Origin: Octopus bimaculoides
Lineage: Eukaryota
Direction: 5' to 3'
Length of the DNA stretch: 64,000 nucleotides
Assembly (NCBI RefSeq): GCF_001194135.2
Contig: NC_069001.1
Coordinates: forward strand, 23,048,331-23,112,330
The notes below the pieces were generated by a model. The model saw only the letters and a list, made by a program, of their open reading frames with translations, was not told the DNA's origin and made no database searches. Positions 50,270 through 61,937 of this stretch are shown in pieces. The first letter of the stretch is position 1, and the number at the start of each line of letters is the position of its first letter. A program made the translations under genes and the position numbers.

Positions 50270-50925
50270 TATGGCAATGCTCTTCTCAAAACATGTAACA
50301 TACCAGTTAAGATAATCTTTTGCACTTTCTGCATGGATGGTAAGCCAGGGATCATTCTTAAATAATTTTCAGTTCCTTTTTTAATCATTCCAAGTGTTCC
50401 TACAATCACTGGTATTGTAACCATCATGAGATGCCACATCTTTTTTTATTTCAATTACCAAATCTTTATATTTCCTGAACTTATCAAATTCTTTTGCCAA
50501 GACTTTATGGTAACAGGAAATGCTTGTGTCAATCAATGAATAGACTTTATTGTTTTGTTTTTTTTCACAATATCTGGTTTATTTGTATTCATGGTCCGGT
50601 CTGTACATACTGGAAAGTCCCAAAGAATCATTACATTTTCTGTCTGTTACAATTTTTATTTTGTAATGCCAACATATTATCCAATGTAGATATTGGCCAA
50701 CTCTGTCATGTTTTGATTTATACTTTATAAGTGCTAAAATCTTACACCCAGAGATTAGATGGGCCACTGTTTCAATCTCATCTTTGCAGTACCGACACTT
50801 TGGGTCTACTCCATTTTTCATCACATTGGCTTGATTGTCTTGGGTTAATAAGCTCCCTGCCTTTAGCCCTGAGCTCCATAGCCACTGATGGGTGTGCTTC
50901 TGGTATACATCAGCTTGTTTGTTAC
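50270..50925 (-). pseudogene. Dong/R4-type LINE C-terminus (CCHC knuckle plus restriction-like endonuclease)
   Basis: QWLWSSGLKA..DPKCRYCKDEIETVAHLISGC..KHDRVGQYLHW; ILWDFP..TDRT..KPDIV; KEFDKFRKYKDL..IPVIVGTLG. Confidence 0.9.
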
Positions 50926-50955
50926 AGGTCGCATATTTACCATTTATTATCATTA

Positions 50956-51003
<48 letters not shown>

Positions 51004-51240
51004 TGAGTGTGTAGACTAATTTTCACATCGGGTGAAATGTTCAGTGGTATTTCATTAGTCCTTGCATTCAGAGTTCAAATTCTGCAAGGGTCAACTATGC
51101 ACTTCATCATTTTGGTGTCAATAAATTAACTAATAGTTGAGTACTGGTGTTGATGTAACCAGCTAGTACCTTTCTTCAAAATTTCGTGCCTTGTGCCTAT
51201 TGTAGAAAAGATTATTATTATTATTATTATTATTATTATT

Positions 51241-51448
51241 GAGTGAGAGAGCAGTGCATGCTATCAAAGTGACACTGGGGTAAAATATACGAAGCCCATC
51301 TGATAAGGGTACACCAGGCACATGCATCACAACCACATGTCCGCGACATGGTGATCTCATATCAAAATAAACAGCGCATGACCTTGCAGTTAGAATTTTC
51401 TTCAGGTCGAGTAGCCCATCCCACTCAAAAGGCAAAAGGTCCCTGAAT
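51241..51448 (-). mobile_element. Retroposon 3' end terminating in an (AAT)n tract
   Basis: Unique segment ending CTCTCTCACTC-(AAT)n on the minus strand. Clade not determined. Confidence 0.45.
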
Positions 51449-52257
51449 AATGGTAAAAGTATTTTTTCGTTTTCTGAAAAAGCAACATTTTGGACTTACG
51501 AAACTTTTGCATAATNNNNNNNNNNNNNNNNNNNNNNNNNNNNNNNNNNNNNNNNNNNNNNNNNNNNNNNNNNNNNNNNNNNNNNNNNNNNNNNNNNNNN
51601 NNNNNNNNNNNNNNNNNNNNNNNNNNNNNNNNNNNNNNNNNNNNNNNNNNNNNNNNNNNNNNNNNNNNNNNNNNNNNNNNNNNNNNNNNNNNNNNNNNNN
51701 NNNNNNNNNNNNNNNNNNNNNNNNNNNNNNNNNNNNNNNNNNNNNNNNNNNNNNNNNNNNNNNNNNNNNNNNNNNNNNNNNNNNNNNNNNNNNNNNNNNN
51801 NNNNNNNNNNNNNNNNNNNNNNNNNNNNNNNNNNNNNNNNNNNNNNNNNNNNNNNNNNNNNNNNNNNNNNNNNNNNNNNNNNNNNNNNNNNNNNNNNNNN
51901 NNNNNNNNNNNNNNNNNNNNNNNNNNNNNNNNNNNNNNNNNNNNNNNNNNNNNNNNNNNNNNNNNNNNNNNNNNNNNNNNNNNNNNNNNNNNNNNNNNNN
52001 NNNNNNNNNNNNNNNNNNNNNNNNNNNNNNNNNNNNNNNNNNNNNNNNNNNNNNNNNNNNNNNNNNNNNNNNNNNNNNNNNNNNNNNNNNNNNNNNNNNN
52101 NNNNNNNNNNNNNNNNNNNNNNNNNNNNNNNNNNNNNNNNNNNNNNNNNNNNNNNNNNNNNNNNNNNNNNNNNNNNNNNNNNNNNNNNNNNNNNNNNNNN
52201 NNNNNNNNNNNNNNNNNNNNNNNNNNNNNNNNNNNNNNNNNNNNNNNNNNNNNNNNN

Positions 52258-52480
52258 TTTCCTACCAATTTATACATGAACTACTATTGAACTACAAAAG
52301 CTCAAAGACAATATAATGTATGGGTATATTTATTTTTTTATATATTATTGTTTTATATATTATTTTCTTCATTTTGTACTTTTTTGTACTTCTTTGTAAA
52401 AAAACATTTTCATTCTCCTTCTTCTTGATAATTTGCTTCATCGCAATGAAAACCGGTTAGAAAAAATCTTTATTAAATTA
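52258..52480 (+). mobile_element. Probable PLE 3' end (endonuclease C-terminus plus pLTR) with a U3-A8 hammerhead motif (52419-52465)
   Basis: SYQFIHELLLNYKSSKTI* resembles the FI.EL.P.LN end of PLE GIY-YIG domains. Downstream: UUCUUC-UUGAUAA-U-UUGC(UUCAUC)GCAA-U-GAA-AACCGGUU-A-GAAAAA. Confidence 0.55.
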
Positions 52481-52619
52481 TGCTTCCAGTTCAGCATTCT
52501 GGCTTTTTTTCATTTTCCTATATATATATATATATATATGCATAGGGTTGCTGACAGAAAGGGCATCATGCTGTAGAAAATCCACTCCAACAAAATCGGT
52601 TTGACTCATGCAATAAAGA

Positions 52620-53289
52620 TGGTTAATATCTTTTATCTTTTTACTTGTTTTAGTCATTAAACTGTGGCCATGCTGGGGCACTGCCATGAAGAACATTCAA
52701 TCAAATGAATCATTTCCAGTAATTATTTTCTGTTAAGCCTGATAATTATTCTATCAGTCACTTTTGCACAACTGCTAAGTTATGGGTACATAAACACACC
52801 AACATCGATTGTCAATTGCTGGTGGGGGCAAAGACACTCACACACACACACACACAAGCACGACACGGGCTTCTTTCAGTTTCCATCTACCAAATCCACT
52901 CACAAAGCTTTATTTGGCCTGAGACTATAGAAAAAAGCACTTACCTAAGATGCTATGCATTGGAACTGAACCTGGAACCATGTGGTTGTGAAGCAAGCTT
53001 CTTACCACACAGCCACAACTGCAATTATATATATATGTATATATTCTTTTATTATTTGATTCTCTTACTTGTTTCAGTCATCTGACTGTGGCCATGTTGG
53101 AGCACTGACTTTAGTCAAACAAATCGACCCCAGGACTTATTCTTTGTAAGCCTAGTATTTATTCTATTTGGTCCCTTTAGCTGAACTGCTAAGTTATGGG
53201 GATATAAAAACACCAACATCGGTTGTCAAGTGATGGTAAGGGGAGAGACACAGACACACAAACATATACTTATATACATACATACATGC

Positions 53290-53372
<83 letters not shown>

Positions 53373-53530
53373 AGCTTGTTTCAGTTTCTGTCTACCAAAT
53401 CCACTCACAAGGCTTTAGTCAGCTTGAGGCTATAGTAGAAGACACTTGCCCAAGATGATGTCACGCAGTGGGACTGAACCCAGAACAGTGTGGTTGGGAA
53501 GCAAGCTTCTTACCACACACCCATGCCTGC
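52620..53530 (-). mobile_element. Two tandem family B SINEs (52620-53020 and 53046-53530)
   Basis: Reverse-complemented tail, body and head in each. Confidence 0.85.
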
Positions 53531-54199
53531 AGAGAATCTGCATCAAATTTTGCCAAAAACTTGGTGATACCAGCTCAGAGGCCTATGCAAAGTTTACAAA
53601 ATGTTTCCATCATTCTCGACACAATTAAGATCTTGTGCAACTGAAACCTGAATGTCTTTTTGGTCAGCTGAAAGCAGTTTTGGCACAAAGCTGCCAGTCA
53701 CGTATCTCATTCCCAAATCTTCAGTGATAATGGACTGAACTGAACTGTAACTAATCTGCACATCCTCTGATAACTCACAGATTGTAATTTGGTGATTTCC
53801 TCTCACAGCTGCAATGTTTTTCTCAGTTCTACTGGTTGTGGGTCTCCCAGAACGTTCGTCAATATCGACATTTTTTCAGCTATCTTGGAAACATCTGAAC
53901 AACTTGTACACTTCTGTGCAGCTCATACTCTCCCCTCCATACACTTTCTGCAACATTGCATAGGCCTCTGAGAAGGTATCGCTATGGCAACTTTCTCTGT
54001 CATGGTCAGTGCAACGATCACACGCTACACACTTTCCTTCCAAGCACTGCTGTAAACAGCGTAAGTGAGCTAGAACATTAAAACTTAGTTCACATGCACA
54101 GTAGAGTCAAAGGTCACTATTTGCTGAGTGGCTTCACTCTGCATGCTTTAGCTTTGTTAGTATGGCGACATTCCCGATACTTATTGATCAGACCTTGTA
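53529..54199 (-). mobile_element. Mariner transposon, 5' half, with an inverted N-terminal fragment at 53529-53592
   Basis: TA|CAAGGTCTGATCAATAAGTATC end (54197). ATG at 54003; AYAMLQKVYGG, DERSGRP and FVPKLLSADQK on minus; QRICIKFCQKLGDT on plus. Confidence 0.85.
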
Positions 54200-54229
54200 T
54201 GCGGCATATATCTATATCTATCTATATAT

Positions 54230-54531
54230 AAAACAATTGCAGCGTGGAAGATGTTTATAAGCCATTTAAAATAACACACAAAATCCGTTAGATTCACTTC
54301 AACATTTAAATTTAATTTGTCAAGTTATTTTCGTCGCTTTGAGACCGCGACCTGTTCACTGACAAAATTCTGTGCTGCATCTGTGCAGCACAGAATTTTG
54401 TCAGTGAACAGGTCGCGGTCTCAAAGCGACGAAAATATCTTGACAAATTAAATTTAAATGTTGAAGTGAATCTAACGGATTTTGTGTTATTTTAAATGGC
54501 TTATAAACACCTTCCATGCTGCAATTGTTTT
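54230..54531. repeat. Near-perfect 300-bp palindrome containing two divergent G3-C8 hammerhead-like motifs (54316-54366 minus; 54397-54447 plus)
   Basis: Arms of 150 and 148 nt around a TCTG loop, with 3 substitutions and a 2-nt indel. Motif: UUUGUCA-GUGAACA-G-GUCGC(9 nt)GCGAC-GAA-AAUAUC-U-UGACAAA. Confidence 0.85.
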
Positions 54532-55395
54532 CGTTCCAGCACACGATCTCAGATCAGGTCACTTGCTATGCAAGTGCATCTCCGTAATATCTATCTATCT
54601 ATATATATATATATACATACACACACACATACATACATACATATGTTTAGACATGCATACATATATATATATTGTTGCCATTATGTTAAACTGTCATATG
54701 TCCAAATTTGGCTAAATGCTTTTTTTGAAATATATATGTTTGCTTGCAATAGCCAGTTTTTTTGGTCAAACTATTATATCCCCAGCTGCCATTCATTCAC
54801 AAGGCATTGGTCAGACGTGGGCTTTAGTAGAAAACTCTTGTTGAAGCACTAAACCAGGAGCTTTGTGTTTGGAAAGCAAACCTCACACCACATAGCCATA
54901 CCTGCGTCTACATAACCAAGGCCCCTATCCATTTTTCATTGTTTAACTCCACTCACAAAGGTTTGGTTGACTCAGGGCTATAGTATATGACACTTGACCA
55001 ACCGAAATGCCACACAATTCAGCCTTATCAGGAATCGTGTAATGCTGATTCTACTCGACCAAAATGCCACACAGTAAGTTTGAACCTGAGACCACACGGT
55101 CAGGAAACAAATTCTAAATCACACAACCTCATATGAGTCAATAAACTATACTAATTCATATTTCAGGTTCAAATAGTAATGTTATCCAGCGCATGTATTA
55201 GACCATGGGGCTTAAAAGAAATACTTTCTTGGCACATATTTTTCTATACTTTTCTGTTTGCTGAATATATGCTCTGTCAGTTTCTCTGCGATATGTGTAT
55301 GCACCTATTTATTTACATGTACTAATAAGTTATCTCAGCAGTCATCTGTGTCATTGCTTATATCATTGAAAATTTGCTGCTGTTACTGCCATTGT

Positions 55396-55446
<51 letters not shown>

Positions 55447-56858
55447 TGCTGCTGTTGTTATCATAGTTGTTCTTGTTATTCTTGTTTCAGTGTTTTATGT
55501 TATTCTTATATTGGTATTTTATCATCTTGGCAAATATTCAGTCTTCAGTGGGTTCTTTTTTTGTTTTTGTTTTTGTTTTTGAGATTCTGGTCCTGCTGTC
55601 TCCATTTTATATCTTTTACCACCACCACCTCCTCCACCATCACCAGCAACAACAGTAACAACAACAGCAACAACAACAAACCCTGCCAAACACATTCATA
55701 CTTTTAGTTTTTCTTCTGTGTCTGTCTTTGCAGTCATTCTCTCCTTCCATTCCCCTCCAAGTCTATTCTTCTCTTTTGTGTTATCATGGTAGTAAAATAT
55801 ATTGGAAAACAATGACTCTTATTACCCTTTTAGAAAGACTACATACTCAAAAGGAATCGACTTGAATTCTTCTAGTCCACTTCTGTCTACTGCAATTTAG
55901 AGTTTTCTATATTTCTTGTTTTTCTTTTCTGCTTTTATTCTTTTTCGTTATTTATTTTACTTAACTGCTCTGTCCCTCAAATTGCTTCAGTCGTGTTTAA
56001 GTATTTTTATGTATGTATGTATGTATGTATGTATGTATGTATGTAGGTATGTATGCATGTTTGTATGTATGTGTGCATGCATGTATGAAGGTATGTATTT
56101 ATAAGATATGTATGTTGGTGTGTATGTCTGTAAGCAGGTTGTCTGGTAGTAAGCTAGGTAGATAGGTATGTAGGTAGGTAGGTAAGAAGGTTGGCATGTA
56201 GGTAGGTCGTCCCTAGGAAAGTTGGTAGGTAGGCAGGCAGGTGAAATCAGTAGGCAACTTTCTAAGTAGGTAAGCTGATAGATAGGTAAATTGATTGGTG
56301 GTAGCTTAGGTAGGTAGGTAGGTTGATAGTTAAACATTAGGGAAATGACATGATTGTTCAGTTTAGAAGTTTGTTTCGAAATTATGACTTTCTGGGTTTG
56401 AGCCCACTATGTGGGGTCCCTTGTGTAAAGGAGAGTAAAGGAGAGTGGGTTAACCCAAGACTTAGTACAAATTTCAGGTTAACCCATATCTTTGGATTAA
56501 TCCAAAACTTGTGATTGAAGTTTGGTAAACAGAAAATGTGCAGAAGGATTCTACATGTTTAGTTTGGTCAAAAACTGAGCCATGTTGATTCCACACAAGG
56601 ATTAAACTAAGGGTATTTTGTCCTTGGGAAACCTCAGCTACTTAAAAACTATTGTTGAAACTAATGGAGAACCTTTAAGTTTTATATATGCATATATGTA
56701 AGTATATATGTATGTAAATATAGGGTCTGAAGAAACACTGTAAAGCTAAGTGTGTAATGGACGTGAAACCCATTGACTAGCCATATCTACCTTTAGGTAC
56801 TCTACTGTTCTGTAAACTTAGAGTGTGCTTCTTTTTCAGATTTATGATTTACTGAAGG

Positions 56859-56916
<58 letters not shown>

Positions 56917-56924
56917 GGGAGAAT

Positions 56925-57065
56925 TCACAAAAAACAACAGAAGACAGGTGGTGTAGAAAACAAACAGATGTATTAGTGTAAAGCTCAGGAATTGAAAAAG
57001 TTTTTAACATTTCAAGCCTACGCTCTTCCACAGAAAGAAACATAGAAAGATACAAGGAGAGAAAA
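56925..57065 (-). mobile_element. Relative of the 3130-3290 repeat with an A6U hammerhead-like motif (57001-57038)
   Basis: UCUUU-CUGUGGA-A-GAGC(GUAG)GCUU-GAA-AUGU-U-AAAAA. The downstream CTAATACA..CACCTGTCTTC is shared with the 3130 copy. Confidence 0.55.
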
Positions 57066-57313
57066 AATATGTGTGTAGTGGTTAGCGATCTCTCTCTATA
57101 TATATATATCCAAAGTTTAAAATTTATACATTTAAAAAAGAGATTTAACACCGAAGTTTATATATCCATGTATTCATTCAATGTAAACATTTCTATGTAT
57201 AACTATATTTAACCATTAAAATAAGTTAAATATATTCCTTAAGGAATCTAATTAAAGGTTTTTTGAGGTGAAATCTTATGCTATATTGGTAACGATTACA
57301 GAGTTTACTTTGA

Positions 57314-57353
<40 letters not shown>

Positions 57354-58228
57354 CCACAAAAATGTTTCAACTAATGTCGTTGCTTGATTGTTCTCTTAAA
57401 CATGCTCTTTTGTTCAGATGTGACAACAATGAGCGCCTCTTGCCCTACATGTTACAGTATTGTTTTGGTGCCCTTTCGTATGACATTTCAGTCCTCCTCT
57501 TTATGTACATTAGTAGAAGACACCTGCCTAATGTGCAGCACATTGAGACTAAACCCAAAACCTCAGGGTTACAAGTTGTACTTCTTAATTACACAGCCAT
57601 ACCAATACTATGTGCCTTATATTACATATATGTAGCTATAATGTGTGTGTGTATGTGTATGTAAAGATCCAGAGAGAGAGAGAAAGGGGGTACTAAGTTG
57701 TGTATGAGGATGGAAAATTTATTTCCTTTGCCAGCAGAAAGATCAATTTAAAAATCTATTGAGGGCAAAACAAATGATAGTTATAGTGTAGAGAAAGAAA
57801 GAGAGAGAGAAATGTGAGAAAGGACCAGTGGTGTAATAAGGAAAAAGAAAGCGGGAGTAGAAATATTAGATCACTGTACTGAGAGGAAACTGCAAGAAGC
57901 AGTAGGAATTGAGGAAGGAAGCTCTAGATCAAACTTTTTATTCTAGCTTGGACCAGTATTTTAAATTATACTTTCACTCATGTAACAAAATATATGAGAG
58001 CAGATCTTATGATGATATAAACTGCGAAAGCAAAGATTTAACTGTGTTGTTGGATGTAGATGACAGAGTAGAAATGTTAGCTAATTTTAATACTTCTATC
58101 ACTATCAACCCATTAATGCCCAAAATAAAAAAAAGTCTTGAATTTTTTTGTTGCATTCACATATGTTGTATATTTTCATGTATTTTAGAAGTTAACAACA
58201 AAAATTTGTGAATATTATAATAATGAAG

Positions 58229-58570
58229 CATTACCAGCGTCGCCTTCTAGCACTTGTGCTGGTGGCACGTTAGAAAATCATTCGAGTGAGGTCATTGCCA
58301 GTGCCGCTGGACTGGCTCCTGTGCAGATGGCACGTAAAAACCACCTTTTTGAGCGAGACCGTTGCCAGTACCGTGTGACTGGCCCTCATGCCGGTGGCAA
58401 GTAAAAGTAACCACTACACTCTCGGAGTGGTTGGCGTTAGGAAGGGCATCCAGCTGTAGAAACTCTGCCAGATCAGAATGGAGCCTGGTGCAGCCTTCTG
58501 GTTTGCCAGTCCTCAGTCAAATCGTCCAACCCATGCTAGCATGGAAAGCGGACGTTAAACGATGATGATG
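58229..58570 (+). mobile_element. RTE family A copy inserted in piggyBac-like terminal sequence
   Basis: Full family A body and (GAT)n tail. Confidence 0.85.
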
Positions 58571-58731
58571 AAAGTGATTTTTAGACCCGTATGATATATC
58601 ATACGCTGGGTATGTAGGGTTAAAATTTTGAAATAAGGATGAAGGAAAAAAACATTTTTAATCTCGTTTATTTGTTTTACAAAAAATTGTAATGACAAGT
58701 AAATATAATATTTCTAAGAGGAATACTTTTA

Positions 58732-60740
58732 TCAATGAAAATGAAGAAAGCATATGTCAGGATGTGGGCCTACATTGCCTTTGATGCAAACAAATTTGGT
58801 GCACTTTCCAGAAGCTGTGCATTGCCTTTGAGCTTCAATTTTGTTGACAAGGTGGTCTCTGTTACCGAATTGTGCCACTTGCAGAACTTGCTTCTTTGTT
58901 TTAGGATGTACCACTCTTTTCTTTTTGTAAATTTAGTAGTGCAGCATGCAATGCAGTAACTATTTGCCTTGTAAATTCCAGTAGAGAAATATTCCTCTGA
59001 ATGCAGTGGAAAAGAATCCATAAATTTACAATGCTTCCATTGAAGCAAAATCTAAATAAAGGCCAATACATTGATCGTATTCTAATTCGATAATGACCTC
59101 CCAATTTGTCAACTAGATCAACACCTCCCATTTGTCTGTTATGTAGCTTCACAATATTTGGTTAAGATACAGATACTCTATTTCTCTCAGATTTTTTCCA
59201 TCGTTTACAGCTGCCAACATCAAAAACCTTCTCATCTTTCAAATTGGTTACAATATTTACTTGCCATCTTAGCAGATTAATTGCACCTCCTTATCCTCAA
59301 CTGCACAGCAAGTGCCTTGTGCAGCTTACTTATATGCTGTTGCAATGCCTTTTCTGTTCTATCATTTCGAAAAGTCCCAACACAAAAGAAACCATTGTTT
59401 GAAGGTAGAGAAGTGAAATAGTTATCCATATAAATGCAGAATCCTACTGGTACAAATTTTAAACAAAATTTTTCGTTAACTGAAGAACCAAGTGTTTTAC
59501 CTGCAATTTTGTCTCCTGCACCTGTGTAAGGATAGAATTTCACTAAAAATCCATCTGGTCTGGCAGGCACTAAAATTTGAAAACATAGCGTATGGGCTTG
59601 CCTCTTATAAACTGTTTCATGCCATGATGCCCAAAATAAGGCTCCATTGCTTCATCAAAAGAGAAGTGGTTACCCATTGATTCTACAAATTTGCAAAATT
59701 TATCATTTAAGTGCTCTAAAAGAGGCCTAACCTTATAGACTTTATCACAAAGATCAAGTTAATTGTTGTCATTGAAATGCAGATATTGATGTATTTTCAT
59801 AAACGTATTTCCAGACATTGCATGACTAACTAAATGGTTGTTTGAATCAGATCTAGTCTTCCAGTACATTCTTCTGCAAAGAAGTTTATTGTAACCTGAC
59901 AACAGAAGAATTCCACAATACTTGTAAAGATCCTCAACAGACAAAGTTTTGTGCAGCATATTTAAAGGTTTCTCTGCAAATACAATTCATAATATCGTTA
60001 GAGAAGCACTCCTTGAAGACATCAGTTGGCTTAAACTCTTTATCAATAAATTTTGTTTTAATCGAAGGTTCAGTTACACTGGAATCACAATCACACTTTG
60101 CAGAGAACTGCTTCAATGGTTTATTATTCCATTTATGAGAACTTTTCTTTGTGCGTGAACAGTGCTTCTCAGCAGAGCTTGGTGTCACCTCCTTGTCTAC
60201 ATCAAGAACCTCAACACCAGCTTTACTATAGGCTCTAATCTCACCTTTCTCTGCAAGAATACCTCTCCCAATGGTTGCGGTGAAATCCTGACATACCTGT
60301 GGGGAAGCAAGTCAACTGTCCTAAACTATATACAAGCACATACACACTGTCTGTGAGGGACAGTGTGGTGTGAGCAGGCGCTTTGTGGAGACAGTCGTAG
60401 AAGTCATTGAGAAGAGACATTATTTGTTACGTGTTGTTTCTGATTTATATTTGCATTGTTATAAACTTGTTATAAGTCCATGTTATAAAGTGGCATATAC
60501 AGTGAGTTCAAAGAAGGACATAACAGTGCCAACGAGACACACAATGTCTTGCAACTTTGCTGAAGATTCTTTACAGTCACTTGAAGCATCATCTTTATCT
60601 GAATCATCGCCATCATTTGGTGGATGAAGCTCGTCAGCATTATCAGTTTCCTCAATAAAATGTTCAGTATCATCACCAGATTTGATTATATTTAGGATTT
60701 CTTCAGTATCTCTTTCACCATCAAATTTTCTCTTAGACAT
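58732..60740 (-). pseudogene. piggyBac transposase (PGBD-like DDD domain plus C-terminal cysteine-rich domain), frameshifted
   Basis: MSKRKF acidic N-terminus; RRMYW..AMSGNTF..LHFNDN; FSFDEAMEPYFGHHGMKQFIRGKPIRY; YMDNYFTS; MGGVDLVD; terminal Cys/His cluster. Confidence 0.92.
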
Positions 60741-60888
60741 GTTTAACAATCTTGAATTAGTTGTATATATTTCACTTGCACTTATGCAAACATTAGTTTG
60801 CTAGTAAATAGGCTACATTTTCTGCAAAAATAATAGATGTAGAAAATGTAAGATGCAAGAACAAAATATTTTAATTTACAATTGTTTT

Positions 60889-60926
<38 letters not shown>

Positions 60927-61870
60927 TATTGTTAACAGAATTAACGATTGTATGTCCAAACCTGAAAAATTTCATTTTGAATGAAATGTGAATGTTTTAT
61001 CATACACATATATACAAATGTTAATAAATCGAAACTTTATTTGCGTAGATTACTAAGACATGTTTGGTTTGCAAAAGTTATGTATACTTAATAAAAAATA
61101 CAAAAGCAAAATAAAATATTACAAAACATTTAAAACATACAAATAAAAAAACTTACCACCGGAAGCATTTCTTCCTCATTTCAAAATTTGACACGAAAAG
61201 AAATGAGTCGAGCACAATGTAGAAATGATTAAAGTATGACTTTGATGCCAAATATTGCCAGATAAATTATTATTCTTTATCTTCAGAAAGGTTTTTGATG
61301 CCTAAATTTTTGAAATTATTTTATACGAAAATTTTCATCTGAGACAAAAAAGTGTATGAAGAAGGCTGGAAACTATGAAGTGTAGTTTGTTAGGTAAAGG
61401 CAAGCCTTAGTGTAACTACAGCAGAAAATGTAGATTGTGTTTATGAGAGCTGTGACAGATATTTCAGAGATGCTTCATGTCCAAAATGTATTAATGCACT
61501 AAATCAGAAACTTACTTTCTATTTATATGAGTGAAAATATGTTCTAAAATACTGGTCCAAATCACCATATTAGATACTGATGCATGGAGGTGTTGATCTT
61601 CAACAATACTGTATGTTGCAGTTTTTAGAGTCCCTTGTCATCTTCTTTTCTTTTTGAGACTGAACATTGAGATCAGTCTTTGCCAATTTGTCACAGGCCT
61701 TTCTCTGCCATCATTTTCCACAGGTTACCTCAACCTTTGAGCCATTTTATTATTCAGCTTGTAACATCTGTCCACACTACATCAAATGTATCATTTATGT
61801 ATGTGTGTGCATACATGAATAAATATGTATGCAAATATGAGTGTGTGTGTGTGTGTACATAAATATATAC

Positions 61871-61937
<67 letters not shown>

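Noticed and set aside
51470-51515. CUGAAAA...CGAAAC hammerhead candidate before the gap
   Set aside because: The 3-8 pair is broken, stem II has two mismatches and there is no stem I.
56720-56785. CUGAAGA...GAAAC hammerhead candidate
   Set aside because: Stems I and II do not pair and helix III is not palindromic.
57909-58105. Open frame of about 65 aa before the piggyBac-like end as a host exon
   Set aside because: No motif recognised and no clear splice sites; the length is compatible with chance.
61485-61505. Right-hand piggyBac TIR (ATGTATTAATGCACTAA)
   Set aside because: Only a partial match to the reverse complement of the 58105 end and no TTAA; too weak to call.
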